Source: Escherichia phage GEP001. From it: a stretch of 64,000 nt of DNA. Positions 8,607-17,598 of this stretch are shown in pieces; the stretch's first letter is position 1; each line of letters opens with the position of its first letter. Location: sequence record PV173775. One strand, written 5' to 3'. The translations under genes and the position numbers were made by a program. Under the pieces are notes generated by a model. It searched no databases and was not told where the DNA came from. It saw only the letters and a program-made list of their open reading frames with translations.

Positions 8607-9575
8607 ATGAAAACTGTAACTATCAATAAGGGTATCTACTTCGGTAAAGAAATCTCTGGAACTTTTGAGCTCTTAGGCGAATGGTTCCCAGATAATGCTC
8701 CGGTAGATGCACAAGGAGATGGTAAAGTTTTTGTTGAAATTGACGGTAAACGTCGCGGTGTTTGGGTTTACAAATCAGATATTTCATATGATGGTGTAAA
8801 AGTTGAAGAAGTTAAAGAATCATATGAAGATATGAAAACCCGCATTAATAAAAGATTTAATGTTATGGGAATGATGACGAACGGTATTATTAATGGAAAT
8901 ATTCGTTCATTAATTATCTCTGGCGCAGCAGGTATTGGTAAAACGTATTCTTTAGATAAAGCTTTAAATAAAGCAAATGATATTGGATACATTGAATATA
9001 AAAGCATTAATGGTAAAATCTCTGGTATTGGTCTTTATGAGCAGCTTTGGAATAATCGTGAAGAGAATTCTGTCCTTTTGATTGATGATGTGGATGTTTT
9101 CTCTGATATGGACATTCTTAATCTTCTAAAAGCTGCTCTGGACACTGGAGAGACCCGTAAAGTCTGCTGGAGCACTGCGTCTTCTTACTTAGAAGAAAAA
9201 GGCATTGACCGTGAGTTTGAATTTAAAGGAACGATTGTTTTTATCACAAACGTTGACATTGACCGCGAATTAGACCGTGGTACTAAACTTGCTCCACATT
9301 TACAAGCATTAGTGTCCCGCTCGGTTTATTTGGATTTGGGTGTTCACACTAATGAAGAAATTATGGTCAGGGTTGAAGATGTTATTCTTTCAACTGACAT
9401 GATGCAAAAGCGTGGTCTTTCTGATGAAGAAACTTATAAAGCATTATCATGGATGAAAGTTAATGTTAACCGTTTACGCAATGTTTCACTGCGTACTGCT
9501 CTTTATCTTGCTGACTTTATTATGACCGACAAAAACGGTTGGGAAGAAATCGCTGAGGTTACTCTTCTGAAATAA
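8607..9575 (+). CDS. AAA+/P-loop ATPase
   Basis: Walker A GAAGIGKT and Walker B LLIDDVD; ATG after GGAGAATAAA; longer track ORF reads through the terminator/promoter. Confidence 0.65.
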   Translation: MKTVTINKGIYFGKEISGTFELLGEWFPDNAPVDAQGDGKVFVEIDGKRRGVWVYKSDISYDGVKVEEVKESYEDMKTRINKRFNVMGMMTNGIINGNIRSLIISGAAGIGKTYSLDKALNKANDIGYIEYKSINGKISGIGLYEQLWNNREENSVLLIDDVDVFSDMDILNLLKAALDTGETRKVCWSTASSYLEEKGIDREFEFKGTIVFITNVDIDRELDRGTKLAPHLQALVSRSVYLDLGVHTNEEIMVRVEDVILSTDMMQKRGLSDEETYKALSWMKVNVNRLRNVSLRTALYLADFIMTDKNGWEEIAEVTLLK

Positions 9576-9676
9576 TTCATAAGAGGACTTCTATGACAAA
9601 AAGGCAGTTCAGAAATAGATTATATGGACTGCCATTAAAAAGATGACTAGAATTAAACTGGTGAATGGAGGTAATG

Positions 9677-9979
9677 ATGTTATACTCAAAGGCTCGTGAA
9701 ATTTACGAAACTAAAATTAAAGAAGCAGTATTTCAGTTCGCAACGACAATGCGATGGACAAATGACTGGGAGTATTCAAAAAATCATAAGAAGCCCATGG
9801 TGGCAAGAAAGGCTCATATGTTAGTGTTAATAGACCGTGAGCAGATTAAAGCCCGAGAAGCCCTCCAGAATCATAAAAAGGCTGCCTTTGAATGGTTTAT
9901 GGATAACACTGCTCCTGAGACTAAGAAAGCAGTGAGCGCATGGTTCAGTGGAAAAAATTGTGAAAGAAGTTTCTTTTAG
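9677..9979 (+). CDS. hypothetical protein (about 100 aa)
   Basis: GGAGG SD 5 nt before ATG 9677; earlier in-frame ATGs at 9665/9674 possible. Confidence 0.5.
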   Translation: MLYSKAREIYETKIKEAVFQFATTMRWTNDWEYSKNHKKPMVARKAHMLVLIDREQIKAREALQNHKKAAFEWFMDNTAPETKKAVSAWFSGKNCERSFF

Positions 9980-9981
9980 TG

Positions 9982-10011
9982 GTTTACAAGACTGTTTCTC
10001 TGTGGTACTAT
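9982..10011 (+). promoter_or_regulatory. T4-type early promoter (repeat family copy)
   Basis: GTTTACAAGACTGTT..CTCTGTGGTACTAT; near-identical to 35564-35593. Confidence 0.55.
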
Positions 10012-10039
10012 ACAACTATCAACTACGGAGGAACACAAA

Positions 10040-10567
10040 ATGAATGCTAAAGATATTTTCAACTTGGTAAATTACAACGATGGTAAATTTAAATCTGAAG
10101 CACAAAGCAAGTTCTTTAATGACATCTCAATCGGAGGTGAAATCACAGTTGATGGAGGACAAATTTATAAATCCCGTTGGAATTGGATCGTTATTATCGA
10201 TGAGATTGGTATTGTAGAAATTTACAAGAATACGAATAAAAATCGTACATTACATTGGTCTCGTGATACTAACGAACAGTACAAAAAGGATAAAGCATCT
10301 AAATTATCTCGTGTAACTCAAGAAGATATTGAGTTCATCAAGAAAGATATTTTAATGTATGATAACTTAATTGCTGAAGAGCAAGCTGTTATTGATAAAT
10401 TTGATGAGATTAAAGCTTCTCGTGAAATTCCTGATTTTATGAAAGAATCAGTAAATGAACGATACTCTCTCATTTCAGAGCGTATTGAAACTTACAAAAA
10501 GCAAAGAGCTGAACGCCAAAATACTCTTCGGAAGTTTGAAGAACGGTTAAAGACGGTACTCGCATAA
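10040..10567 (+). CDS. hypothetical protein with C-terminal coiled-coil tail
   Basis: GGAGG SD after early promoter; C-terminal 60 aa charged heptad-like. Confidence 0.55.
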   Translation: MNAKDIFNLVNYNDGKFKSEAQSKFFNDISIGGEITVDGGQIYKSRWNWIVIIDEIGIVEIYKNTNKNRTLHWSRDTNEQYKKDKASKLSRVTQEDIEFIKKDILMYDNLIAEEQAVIDKFDEIKASREIPDFMKESVNERYSLISERIETYKKQRAERQNTLRKFEERLKTVLA

Positions 10568-10593
10568 CCGCTTTATACCAAGGATGGTATAAT
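10567..10593 (+). promoter_or_regulatory. candidate middle promoter (MotA-box-like)
   Basis: GCTTTA 10570-10575 then 12 nt to TATAAT 10588-10593. Confidence 0.4.
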
Positions 10594-10622
10594 GGTTCTA
10601 AGCCCTTTTAATTGAGATTATT

Positions 10623-11030
10623 ATGAAACGGTTGATAATTAAAAGATTGAATTTATTGATATGTTGTTTATGTGTAGTAGTTGCATATGGTTATTACGCA
10701 ATTAATGATTATATGCATTATAAAGATTATGATGTTACTGTAGTTAATACCATTACAGGAACACAAGGAAAAGGGTCTAGTTTATCGTTTATTGCCGTAT
10801 ATGAACTCAAAGACGGTTATAGATTTAGTGAATATATTTCCCCAGAGATGTATTCTTCAATAGAAAAAGGTGATAATATTACTGTAAGTTTACGTCCTTT
10901 CGACGTAAAACAGACATTGTTTGATAATATTGTTTGGTTCTTTGGGATGGTATTAGTTCAATCTGTGTGCGGTGCTTATGTAGTCTGTTCAATCATATTC
11001 TGTGTATTTAGTAAAATTGAAATTGAGTGA
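10623..11030 (+). CDS. membrane protein (135 aa)
   Basis: hydrophobic N- and C-terminal segments; downstream of a TATAAT promoter. Confidence 0.5.
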   Translation: MKRLIIKRLNLLICCLCVVVAYGYYAINDYMHYKDYDVTVVNTITGTQGKGSSLSFIAVYELKDGYRFSEYISPEMYSSIEKGDNITVSLRPFDVKQTLFDNIVWFFGMVLVQSVCGAYVVCSIIFCVFSKIEIE

Positions 11031-11037
11031 GGAAAAT

Positions 11038-11928
11038 ATGTCAGTAGTAATTAATAATGTCAATGCAGTAATTAAATCTTTAGTTAATAAAAAAATGATG
11101 AATGAATGGACTGTACTTCGTCGTGGAGAGCCAGATAATTTTTTTCATAGATTTAACCCAACTTTGGATTTGAATGTTATTGATAAAGATGTTCATGCCG
11201 AAATTTTAGATAAGTTTAAAGTTGATATTGGATTTGGATTAGAAAAACATTTGCAACGAACAAGCGGATCTGGAATGAGTTTATCTAATCGCATTATGAA
11301 AGCCCTTAATAAAATTGGAGCATTGTCTCGTATTAATGCGAGTGAAATCCTTCGTAATTACAATAAAGGATATGACCTTTATGGTCGACTAATGCCAAAA
11401 TTATCATTCGACCAAATGATTGCAGATTTGTGGGAAAATCAAAGACGATTATTAGCATTAGGCGCTCGATTAGCTAAAGGTCTAGATAAACAAATGATTT
11501 TTAAGACCAATAATACAGAAGACCTTAAATGCTTTAAATTTAGTATTCGTGGAGATGATTATTACATCAGAGCTCACTCTACAGATTATGTTAATATGGG
11601 GCATCATCTCTGTTTAGCTTTTGAAGTTTTAAAAGAAGCTGGAACATTAGAATATTCATCTGGTGCAAAATGCCCTATTGGTTCAAGTTGTATTTTAATT
11701 TATCGCCCGAATGAATCCAGTTCAACTACATTGCCTACAAAACCTGTACCAGTTCGTAGTAATGAAAAACATTCTGAACAAATTGATTATTTTAATAAGC
11801 AAATTGAAGAGCTGAATATTTCTATTCAACAGTATGACGATGAAATTTTCAGACTATCTGGATTGAGTAATAAAGCTAAATCTGAGCGTGAAAAATTAAT
11901 TAAAATTGTTGATTTACTTAAATCTTAA
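11038..11928 (+). CDS. hypothetical protein (296 aa) with C-terminal coiled coil
   Basis: TGAGGAAAA SD before ATG 11038; first of four consecutive 300-350 aa ORFs with helical C-terminal tails. Confidence 0.6.
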   Translation: MSVVINNVNAVIKSLVNKKMMNEWTVLRRGEPDNFFHRFNPTLDLNVIDKDVHAEILDKFKVDIGFGLEKHLQRTSGSGMSLSNRIMKALNKIGALSRINASEILRNYNKGYDLYGRLMPKLSFDQMIADLWENQRRLLALGARLAKGLDKQMIFKTNNTEDLKCFKFSIRGDDYYIRAHSTDYVNMGHHLCLAFEVLKEAGTLEYSSGAKCPIGSSCILIYRPNESSSTTLPTKPVPVRSNEKHSEQIDYFNKQIEELNISIQQYDDEIFRLSGLSNKAKSEREKLIKIVDLLKS

Positions 11929-11936
11929 GGAACACT

Positions 11937-12965
11937 ATGAAAACTCGTTCTCAAATTGAAGATATGGTTCGTAATGCCAGTTATACTCGTGATGTTATGA
12001 CATTTTTGTGTGAAAATAATTTAGACCCTGATAAAGTTAATCGTGTTATTCATCACTTTAAGTATACGAATAGCAGTGAATGGGTGCGTAATTTTAGTAA
12101 AGCGGGTTATATTACACAAATGACTGCTCGTGAGCAACTCACCGATTTCTGTAAAACTATTGATTATAAAAATCCTCTATTTGTTCAAGGCGTTGGTCAA
12201 AGTAAGGTCGATTTATCATCTGGATTTTTCAATCCAAATCATTATCGTATTGAATGGAGATTTATTGCTCTGTTCCGTAGACAATTAAAGCAAATTTTAT
12301 CAACTGCGAGTCGATTAAAAGGTTCTGATATTAACTTAAAGAACTTGAAATTTGATGGTTATACTCTTCAGATGGAAGTAAGACCATTAAAAGAAAATAA
12401 CAGAACTGCACGAATTAGCTTTAAACCTAATACAAAAAATTCTCTTTCAATTTGCGAATGCCTTAAATCACAGTTGACAGAAGCATTTAAGTATATGGAT
12501 GTTGTTGCTGCTGTCCAGTCTAAGATTTTACCTCGTTTTGAGCGATTTAAATTAGACACAACAACATATGAACTTGATATGATCGTTTCATTTAAATATG
12601 ATTTTTTGAGAAAGGACGAAGTCACGCAAGAGAAAAAGCAAGAAGTGCAAGATAACTTAAATTTAAATTTATCTAATTACTCATCAAACGATCCTAAATT
12701 TTGGATGTATAGTTCAGGTAATAAGGATGCATGGAAATTCAATAAAGTGAATTTTCTTCCTGTTGAAAATCCGAGTCTTAAACCTGTTGAAAAATGGCAT
12801 GCCGATGCGATTGAGAAGTCTATCAAGGCAGTAGATGATGAACTCGTTAAAGCAACTAATGAAGTGCTAGAAGCTGAAAAGATGCTAGAAAAAGCTCAAG
12901 AAAAAGTCAAAAATCTTACGAAGCAACGTTCTAAACTGAACAATGCATTAAATGCACTAAACTAG
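11937..12965 (+). CDS. hypothetical protein (342 aa) with C-terminal coiled coil
   Basis: AAGGAA SD; long ORF; same architecture as neighbours. Confidence 0.6.
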   Translation: MKTRSQIEDMVRNASYTRDVMTFLCENNLDPDKVNRVIHHFKYTNSSEWVRNFSKAGYITQMTAREQLTDFCKTIDYKNPLFVQGVGQSKVDLSSGFFNPNHYRIEWRFIALFRRQLKQILSTASRLKGSDINLKNLKFDGYTLQMEVRPLKENNRTARISFKPNTKNSLSICECLKSQLTEAFKYMDVVAAVQSKILPRFERFKLDTTTYELDMIVSFKYDFLRKDEVTQEKKQEVQDNLNLNLSNYSSNDPKFWMYSSGNKDAWKFNKVNFLPVENPSLKPVEKWHADAIEKSIKAVDDELVKATNEVLEAEKMLEKAQEKVKNLTKQRSKLNNALNALN

Positions 12966-12994
12966 TTTACTTTGCCACAAGGATGTGGTATAAT
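12965..12994 (+). promoter_or_regulatory. T4-type early promoter
   Basis: GTTTACTTTGCCACAAGGATGTGGTATAAT; near-identical to 59740-59769. Confidence 0.6.
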
Positions 12995-13022
12995 GTTCTT
13001 ACTTTCTACTGAGGAGATTAAT

Positions 13023-14024
13023 ATGACTCGTAACGAATATATCAAATCATTCAATAGCGTTATTGATGATAAAGTTAAACCTATGTCTAGTCAGAATAGT
13101 GTTCTTTCTATTATCAATCAATGGCTCAATAATATTGATGTAAGCATTGTTTCTTCCAGCAGATTTATTCACGAAGTTCGTGAAATTTCTAGTCGTACAG
13201 ATAAAGATGACATTAAGAAAACCTTTAAAGGGTCTCGTCTTCTTTCATACTTAGTCAACAGAGATATTCTTGGTAAATTTGGGAAAGAAATTAAACGAAC
13301 TAAAGATGTAGTAGGATATAATTGGTTCGGTGATGTTAATTCTTATCATCTTAATAATAAAGAAGACCCTGAGAATATTTTTACTCGTCGTTGGATTAGT
13401 AATTTCAGGCTTTTCAAAGGACAGATTCTAAAATCAGCTTCTAAATTATGTTATGGCGATTATCGTCAAATTCATCCTTTGGCTTCTGATATGATTATCG
13501 TAAAAGAATATGAGCTTGATAAAAATAAAGTAGCTATTTTTGTGAATTATGGATTTTTTACACCAAACGCTAACCAAAAGAATATTAATAAATTTTTCTC
13601 AATTGCTAGCACTATAACTTATCAATTAGAGGCGGCTTTGGGCTGTATGGAAACCGTAAAAAGTATTCATACATATCCTTTCAAAAATATGTGTGGTTGG
13701 GAAGGATATAAAATTATAATTAGCCTTCGTGAAGTGAAACGTACGTACTCACCGACTGATAAAGAAATTTACCAACAAAAATGTGATGAAATTGTGAATA
13801 CTCCTAAAGAAGAAACTACCCTTGAAGAACTAATGGAATGTCTTGACGATTCGCCTGAACCGATAGAAATTCGTCCAGAAGTTATTGCACTAGAAAAAGC
13901 TTATAAAGAAGTTCTAGAAATTTCTAATAAAGCGCAGAAAGAATATGAGAAGGCTAAAAGGATTTGGGAAGAATCTGTTAATCGCCTTGATCGTTTGGAA
14001 CAAGCTTTACAGTTAATTAAGTAA
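13023..14024 (+). CDS. hypothetical protein (333 aa) with C-terminal coiled coil
   Basis: GAGGAG SD before ATG 13023 downstream of early promoter; track ORF start lies inside the promoter. Confidence 0.6.
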   Translation: MTRNEYIKSFNSVIDDKVKPMSSQNSVLSIINQWLNNIDVSIVSSSRFIHEVREISSRTDKDDIKKTFKGSRLLSYLVNRDILGKFGKEIKRTKDVVGYNWFGDVNSYHLNNKEDPENIFTRRWISNFRLFKGQILKSASKLCYGDYRQIHPLASDMIIVKEYELDKNKVAIFVNYGFFTPNANQKNINKFFSIASTITYQLEAALGCMETVKSIHTYPFKNMCGWEGYKIIISLREVKRTYSPTDKEIYQQKCDEIVNTPKEETTLEELMECLDDSPEPIEIRPEVIALEKAYKEVLEISNKAQKEYEKAKRIWEESVNRLDRLEQALQLIK

Positions 14025-14076
14025 TTTAAAGCCAAGGATGGCTCGGAGTATAAATCATTAACCAAGTGAGAAGAAC

Positions 14077-15006
14077 ATGAAAACTCGTAAACATTATATT
14101 GATTATTTTGACAGTCTTATTACTAAACATCGTAATTATCAGATCGGGCACAGAACAGTAATCAATAATATTCTTCGTGATTTCCTTCAATATGTTGGCC
14201 AGGAAAATCATATCTGTAAAGATACTCAAAACGCTTATTCTCATTCGTTAGGCAATTTGCTTGAATGGTTTAAACGTTCTCGTATGTTATCTTCTACTGT
14301 AGCTCGTGATAACATTGAAAACTTTATGAAGCCGAGCTTCATTAAATCTGCGACATCTATAACCGATTTAGTTGAATTTACTATTGTTAACGATGTTAAA
14401 AAGACCCATTTGGCTGATTGGTTATCTACCATTCCTGAAACTAAATTTGCTGATAAATTCGCTTGTCAATTCAATGACCAAGTGAATATGCTTTTTAAGC
14501 ATGCTCGTAAACTATTTACCGCAGGCGATGACCGTACAAATACAGTTCATGTTAAGGACTGGGTTATTGCTGATGAAGTAACACACAAGCCAGGTGGTTC
14601 ATCAGTATTAATTAATATCCAGGTTCCTTATTATTACTCACGTAATCTCGGCACCATGACAGCTAGAGAAATTAATAAGCACAACAAAACTATTCGTTCG
14701 TTGTCTTATAAACTCCGCATGATGTTAAAAATCATGGACGTAGTGGAAATGTATGATGAAACCGAAGATAATGGTTCAATGTTATACAGTTCACGTATTC
14801 TAATTAAACTGAAGAACCCTAATACATATAAGCCAGTTGTAAAAGAACCTAAAGTAGAAAAGGTTGATAACCTGAGCGAAGAACGCGAATATCTCAATGC
14901 TCGTTTGATTGAAGTTGAAGCCCAGATTGCCGAACACACCAAACTGTTAAAAGCTCTTAATGCAAAAGCAAATGGTTTACGCAATGCTATTGAGGTATTG
15001 AAATGA
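14077..15006 (+). CDS. hypothetical protein (309 aa) with C-terminal coiled coil
   Basis: long ORF; C-terminal ~50 aa heptad-like. Confidence 0.6.
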   Translation: MKTRKHYIDYFDSLITKHRNYQIGHRTVINNILRDFLQYVGQENHICKDTQNAYSHSLGNLLEWFKRSRMLSSTVARDNIENFMKPSFIKSATSITDLVEFTIVNDVKKTHLADWLSTIPETKFADKFACQFNDQVNMLFKHARKLFTAGDDRTNTVHVKDWVIADEVTHKPGGSSVLINIQVPYYYSRNLGTMTAREINKHNKTIRSLSYKLRMMLKIMDVVEMYDETEDNGSMLYSSRILIKLKNPNTYKPVVKEPKVEKVDNLSEEREYLNARLIEVEAQIAEHTKLLKALNAKANGLRNAIEVLK

Positions 15007-15320
15007 AAAAGCGTCTATTAGAAGATATTGTAGCTTCAAGTAATTCCAGTCTAATTAAAATTATTATGGCTGGTGAAGAAGACGATCTGGAAATGCGTGG
15101 AAAGATTCATGGTTGCGATGATTTAGACTTTAAACCTCCAGCCTGGGATGCCATTATGGTTATGGTTGAACGTCGCGAAAGGGCTTCTAAAAACGTTCCT
15201 AATTGTCCTGAATGCGGTACTGAACAGGTTCAATTAGTCCATTGGCAGACTAGTAATCTTCGTTATAAATGTCGTCATTGCAAACACCGATTTAACCGAG
15301 AAGAAAATGACCAAGCGTAA
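15003..15320 (+). CDS. zinc-ribbon protein (105 aa)
   Basis: ATGA overlap; CPEC...CRHC four-Cys ribbon near C-terminus. Confidence 0.55.
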   Translation: MKKRLLEDIVASSNSSLIKIIMAGEEDDLEMRGKIHGCDDLDFKPPAWDAIMVMVERRERASKNVPNCPECGTEQVQLVHWQTSNLRYKCRHCKHRFNREENDQA

Positions 15321-15549
15321 AGAATATATGGAGATTGCTGAAAAGGCAGTCCGTGAATTAGCAATAGCGTATTATAATGAACATGGTAAATTTCCTGATA
15401 GATACAGCGTGCTTAAATCTGCTTTAACTCGTTCATATAAAAATATGCTATCAGAAGTAAGTGATATTATATACAAACATAAAGAACAAACAGGTCAAAG
15501 TCTTGATTACGACGAGACTTTTAAACAAGTACTAGGAATTAAGGAATAA
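15307..15549 (+). CDS. hypothetical protein (80 aa)
   Basis: ATGA-type overlap; precedes nrdC. Confidence 0.5.
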   Translation: MTKRKEYMEIAEKAVRELAIAYYNEHGKFPDRYSVLKSALTRSYKNMLSEVSDIIYKHKEQTGQSLDYDETFKQVLGIKE

Positions 15550-15550
15550 T

Positions 15551-15814
15551 ATGTTTAAAGTATATGGTTATGATAGCAACATCCACAAATGTGTGTATTG
15601 CGATAATGCAAAACGTCTTTTGGCTATGAAGAAACAGCCGTTTGAATTTATCAACATTATGCCGGAAAAAGGTGTTTTTGATGATGAGAAAATTGCTGAG
15701 CTTCTGACTAAACTAGGTCGTGATACTCAAATTGGCTTGACGATGCCTCAGGTATTTGCTCCTGATGGAAGCCATATTGGTGGATTCGATCAATTGCGGG
15801 AATACTTTAAATGA
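15551..15814 (+). CDS. nrdC: glutaredoxin/thioredoxin NrdC
   Basis: 87 aa; CVYC active site; matches T4 NrdC as recalled. Confidence 0.9.
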   Translation: MFKVYGYDSNIHKCVYCDNAKRLLAMKKQPFEFINIMPEKGVFDDEKIAELLTKLGRDTQIGLTMPQVFAPDGSHIGGFDQLREYFK

Positions 15815-16026
15815 TGCTTGAAGGAACTGATTATATCCATGACTACCGCGGAAGCGCGGTATATGTGGGTGATGAGGTTGCAGTTTATTATGGGTATGGA
15901 ACTTTGATGACAGCAAAGGTTATTCAAATTAAAAATGGCCGCGCTAAACTCGAAGTTTATTATTCTAATGGTGAAAAGTCTATTTCTAAATGGAAATATG
16001 GCGATTGTATGGTCAAACTGGGGTAA
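15811..16026 (+). CDS. hypothetical protein (71 aa)
   Basis: ATGATG start overlapping nrdC stop. Confidence 0.5.
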   Translation: MMLEGTDYIHDYRGSAVYVGDEVAVYYGYGTLMTAKVIQIKNGRAKLEVYYSNGEKSISKWKYGDCMVKLG

Positions 16027-16028
16027 AT

Positions 16029-16337
16029 ATGATTTACGATGTTGATGCAGTTCTGAGTGAAATCATCGAAGACCATGATGCATTTTCAGAAAATTATGAT
16101 TTCGATTTTTCGGATTATCTTAAACCTATCGAAATAGAAGACTGGGTGCAAGACGGTAAATGTCAATATCGTCAGTGTGTTTATTTTAGTCCAAAACATA
16201 ATGTACATGTTTCCGTAAATGAATGCCGTTCAGGTTCTTATCATTCTGACTGGTATTATGTAGTTCCGACTGTTGAACTAGTCGAGCCCCGTGAACGTGT
16301 AGTAACTCAGACAATACGAGAATGGATTACGCTATAA
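16029..16337 (+). CDS. hypothetical acidic protein (102 aa)
   Basis: ATG 16029 chosen inside track ORF 15990..16337. Confidence 0.5.
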   Translation: MIYDVDAVLSEIIEDHDAFSENYDFDFSDYLKPIEIEDWVQDGKCQYRQCVYFSPKHNVHVSVNECRSGSYHSDWYYVVPTVELVEPRERVVTQTIREWITL

Positions 16338-16460
16338 AACCCTGGTGGGCGGCTAGATGGGAAACAGTAGAGCCAGAGCCGGAAGAACCGGTTTACACTG
16401 ATGAAGAAACAGTATATAATGAACCAACAATAAATGACTTAATTGATATGGAGATGGGAC

Positions 16461-16907
16461 ATGATTACAGTAGATAAGTGGTTTAGAATTAATCGTGCTG
16501 ATAAGGGGCTGTGTAATTACTGGCCTGAACTTAGTGCAGGTACTGTCTTTAAAGTTCGTGAACTTGCAAAAGAATGCGAAGATGACATAGAACCTGATAC
16601 TGGAATTATTGAAATTGAACTTTCTGACGGAAAGGTTATTAATATCTACGATAAGCCAATTACGTATTGGTGCTTGTGGAATACTGAATCAGTAGAAAAT
16701 GGCGAAATTGAAGAAGTTGTAGAACGAGTTGATCAAGCTATTCATAAACCTAAAGCCGCTTTTCAAGGTGAACGCATTTCATATGCATTAGCTAAATTAG
16801 CTGCACAAGAAAATAACGATGGTTATGAAGGAAATTTGATGCAAGCTGCGGCAGAATATATTGAATGGCTTGAAACTCAAATTTCTTTTTCTGACCGAGC
16901 GTTTTAA
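16461..16907 (+). CDS. hypothetical protein (148 aa)
   Basis: GGAG SD 7 nt before ATG 16461; track ORF starts at TTG 16443. Confidence 0.5.
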   Translation: MITVDKWFRINRADKGLCNYWPELSAGTVFKVRELAKECEDDIEPDTGIIEIELSDGKVINIYDKPITYWCLWNTESVENGEIEEVVERVDQAIHKPKAAFQGERISYALAKLAAQENNDGYEGNLMQAAAEYIEWLETQISFSDRAF

Positions 16908-17083
16908 TGAAAACTGAATTGGTTTATACTGAAAAGTTAAATGGTGGTAAGGTTTGGAAACTTTTTATTAAAGGAAGTCCTACCGACTCTAATATGACCA
17001 CTTGTGTAGGAACTTATTCTCGTCCTACTAAAAAGATGATTCGGCAATATAAGCGATTGCATCGAATGTTTTACAATACTTGA
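16907..17083 (+). CDS. hypothetical small protein (58 aa)
   Basis: TAATG overlap with upstream ORF; basic protein; followed by hairpin before gene 49. Confidence 0.4.
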   Translation: MKTELVYTEKLNGGKVWKLFIKGSPTDSNMTTCVGTYSRPTKKMIRQYKRLHRMFYNT

Positions 17084-17094
17084 AAATAATAAAT

Positions 17095-17124
17095 ACCCTT
17101 ATCTATTTAAGGTAAGGGTTTATT
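17095..17124 (+). terminator. hairpin just upstream of gene 49 start (terminator and/or translational control element)
   Basis: 7-bp stem ACCCTTA / TAAGGGT, 11-nt loop, U-rich tail, ATG 17125 follows. Confidence 0.45.
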
Positions 17125-17598
17125 ATGTTATTGACTGGCAAATTATACAAAGAAGAAAAACAAAAATTTTATAATGCACAAAACGGTAAATGCTTAATTT
17201 GCCAACGAGAACTAAATCCTGATGTTCAAGCTAATCACCTCGACCATGACCATGAATTAAATGGACCAAAAGCAGGAAAGGTACGTGGATTGCTTTGTAA
17301 TCTCTGCAATGCTGCAGAAGGTCAAATGAAACATAAATTTAATCGTTCTGGTTTAAAGGGACAAGGTGTTGATTATCTTGAATGGTTAGAAAATTTACTT
17401 ACTTATTTAAAATCCGATTACACCCAAAATAATATTCACCCTAACTTTGTTGGAGATAAATCAAAGGAATTTTCTCGTTTGGGAAAAGAGGAAATGATGG
17501 CTGAGATGCTTCAAAGAGGATTTGAATATAATGAATCTGACACCAAAACACAATTAATAGCTTCATTTAAGAAGCAGCTTAGAAAGAGTTTAAAATGA
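17125..17598 (+). CDS. 49: endonuclease VII (Holliday junction resolvase)
   Basis: 157 aa; Cys-rich zinc site (CLIC...CNLCN) and H-N-H-like core; matches T4 gp49. Confidence 0.9.
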   Translation: MLLTGKLYKEEKQKFYNAQNGKCLICQRELNPDVQANHLDHDHELNGPKAGKVRGLLCNLCNAAEGQMKHKFNRSGLKGQGVDYLEWLENLLTYLKSDYTQNNIHPNFVGDKSKEFSRLGKEEMMAEMLQRGFEYNESDTKTQLIASFKKQLRKSLK

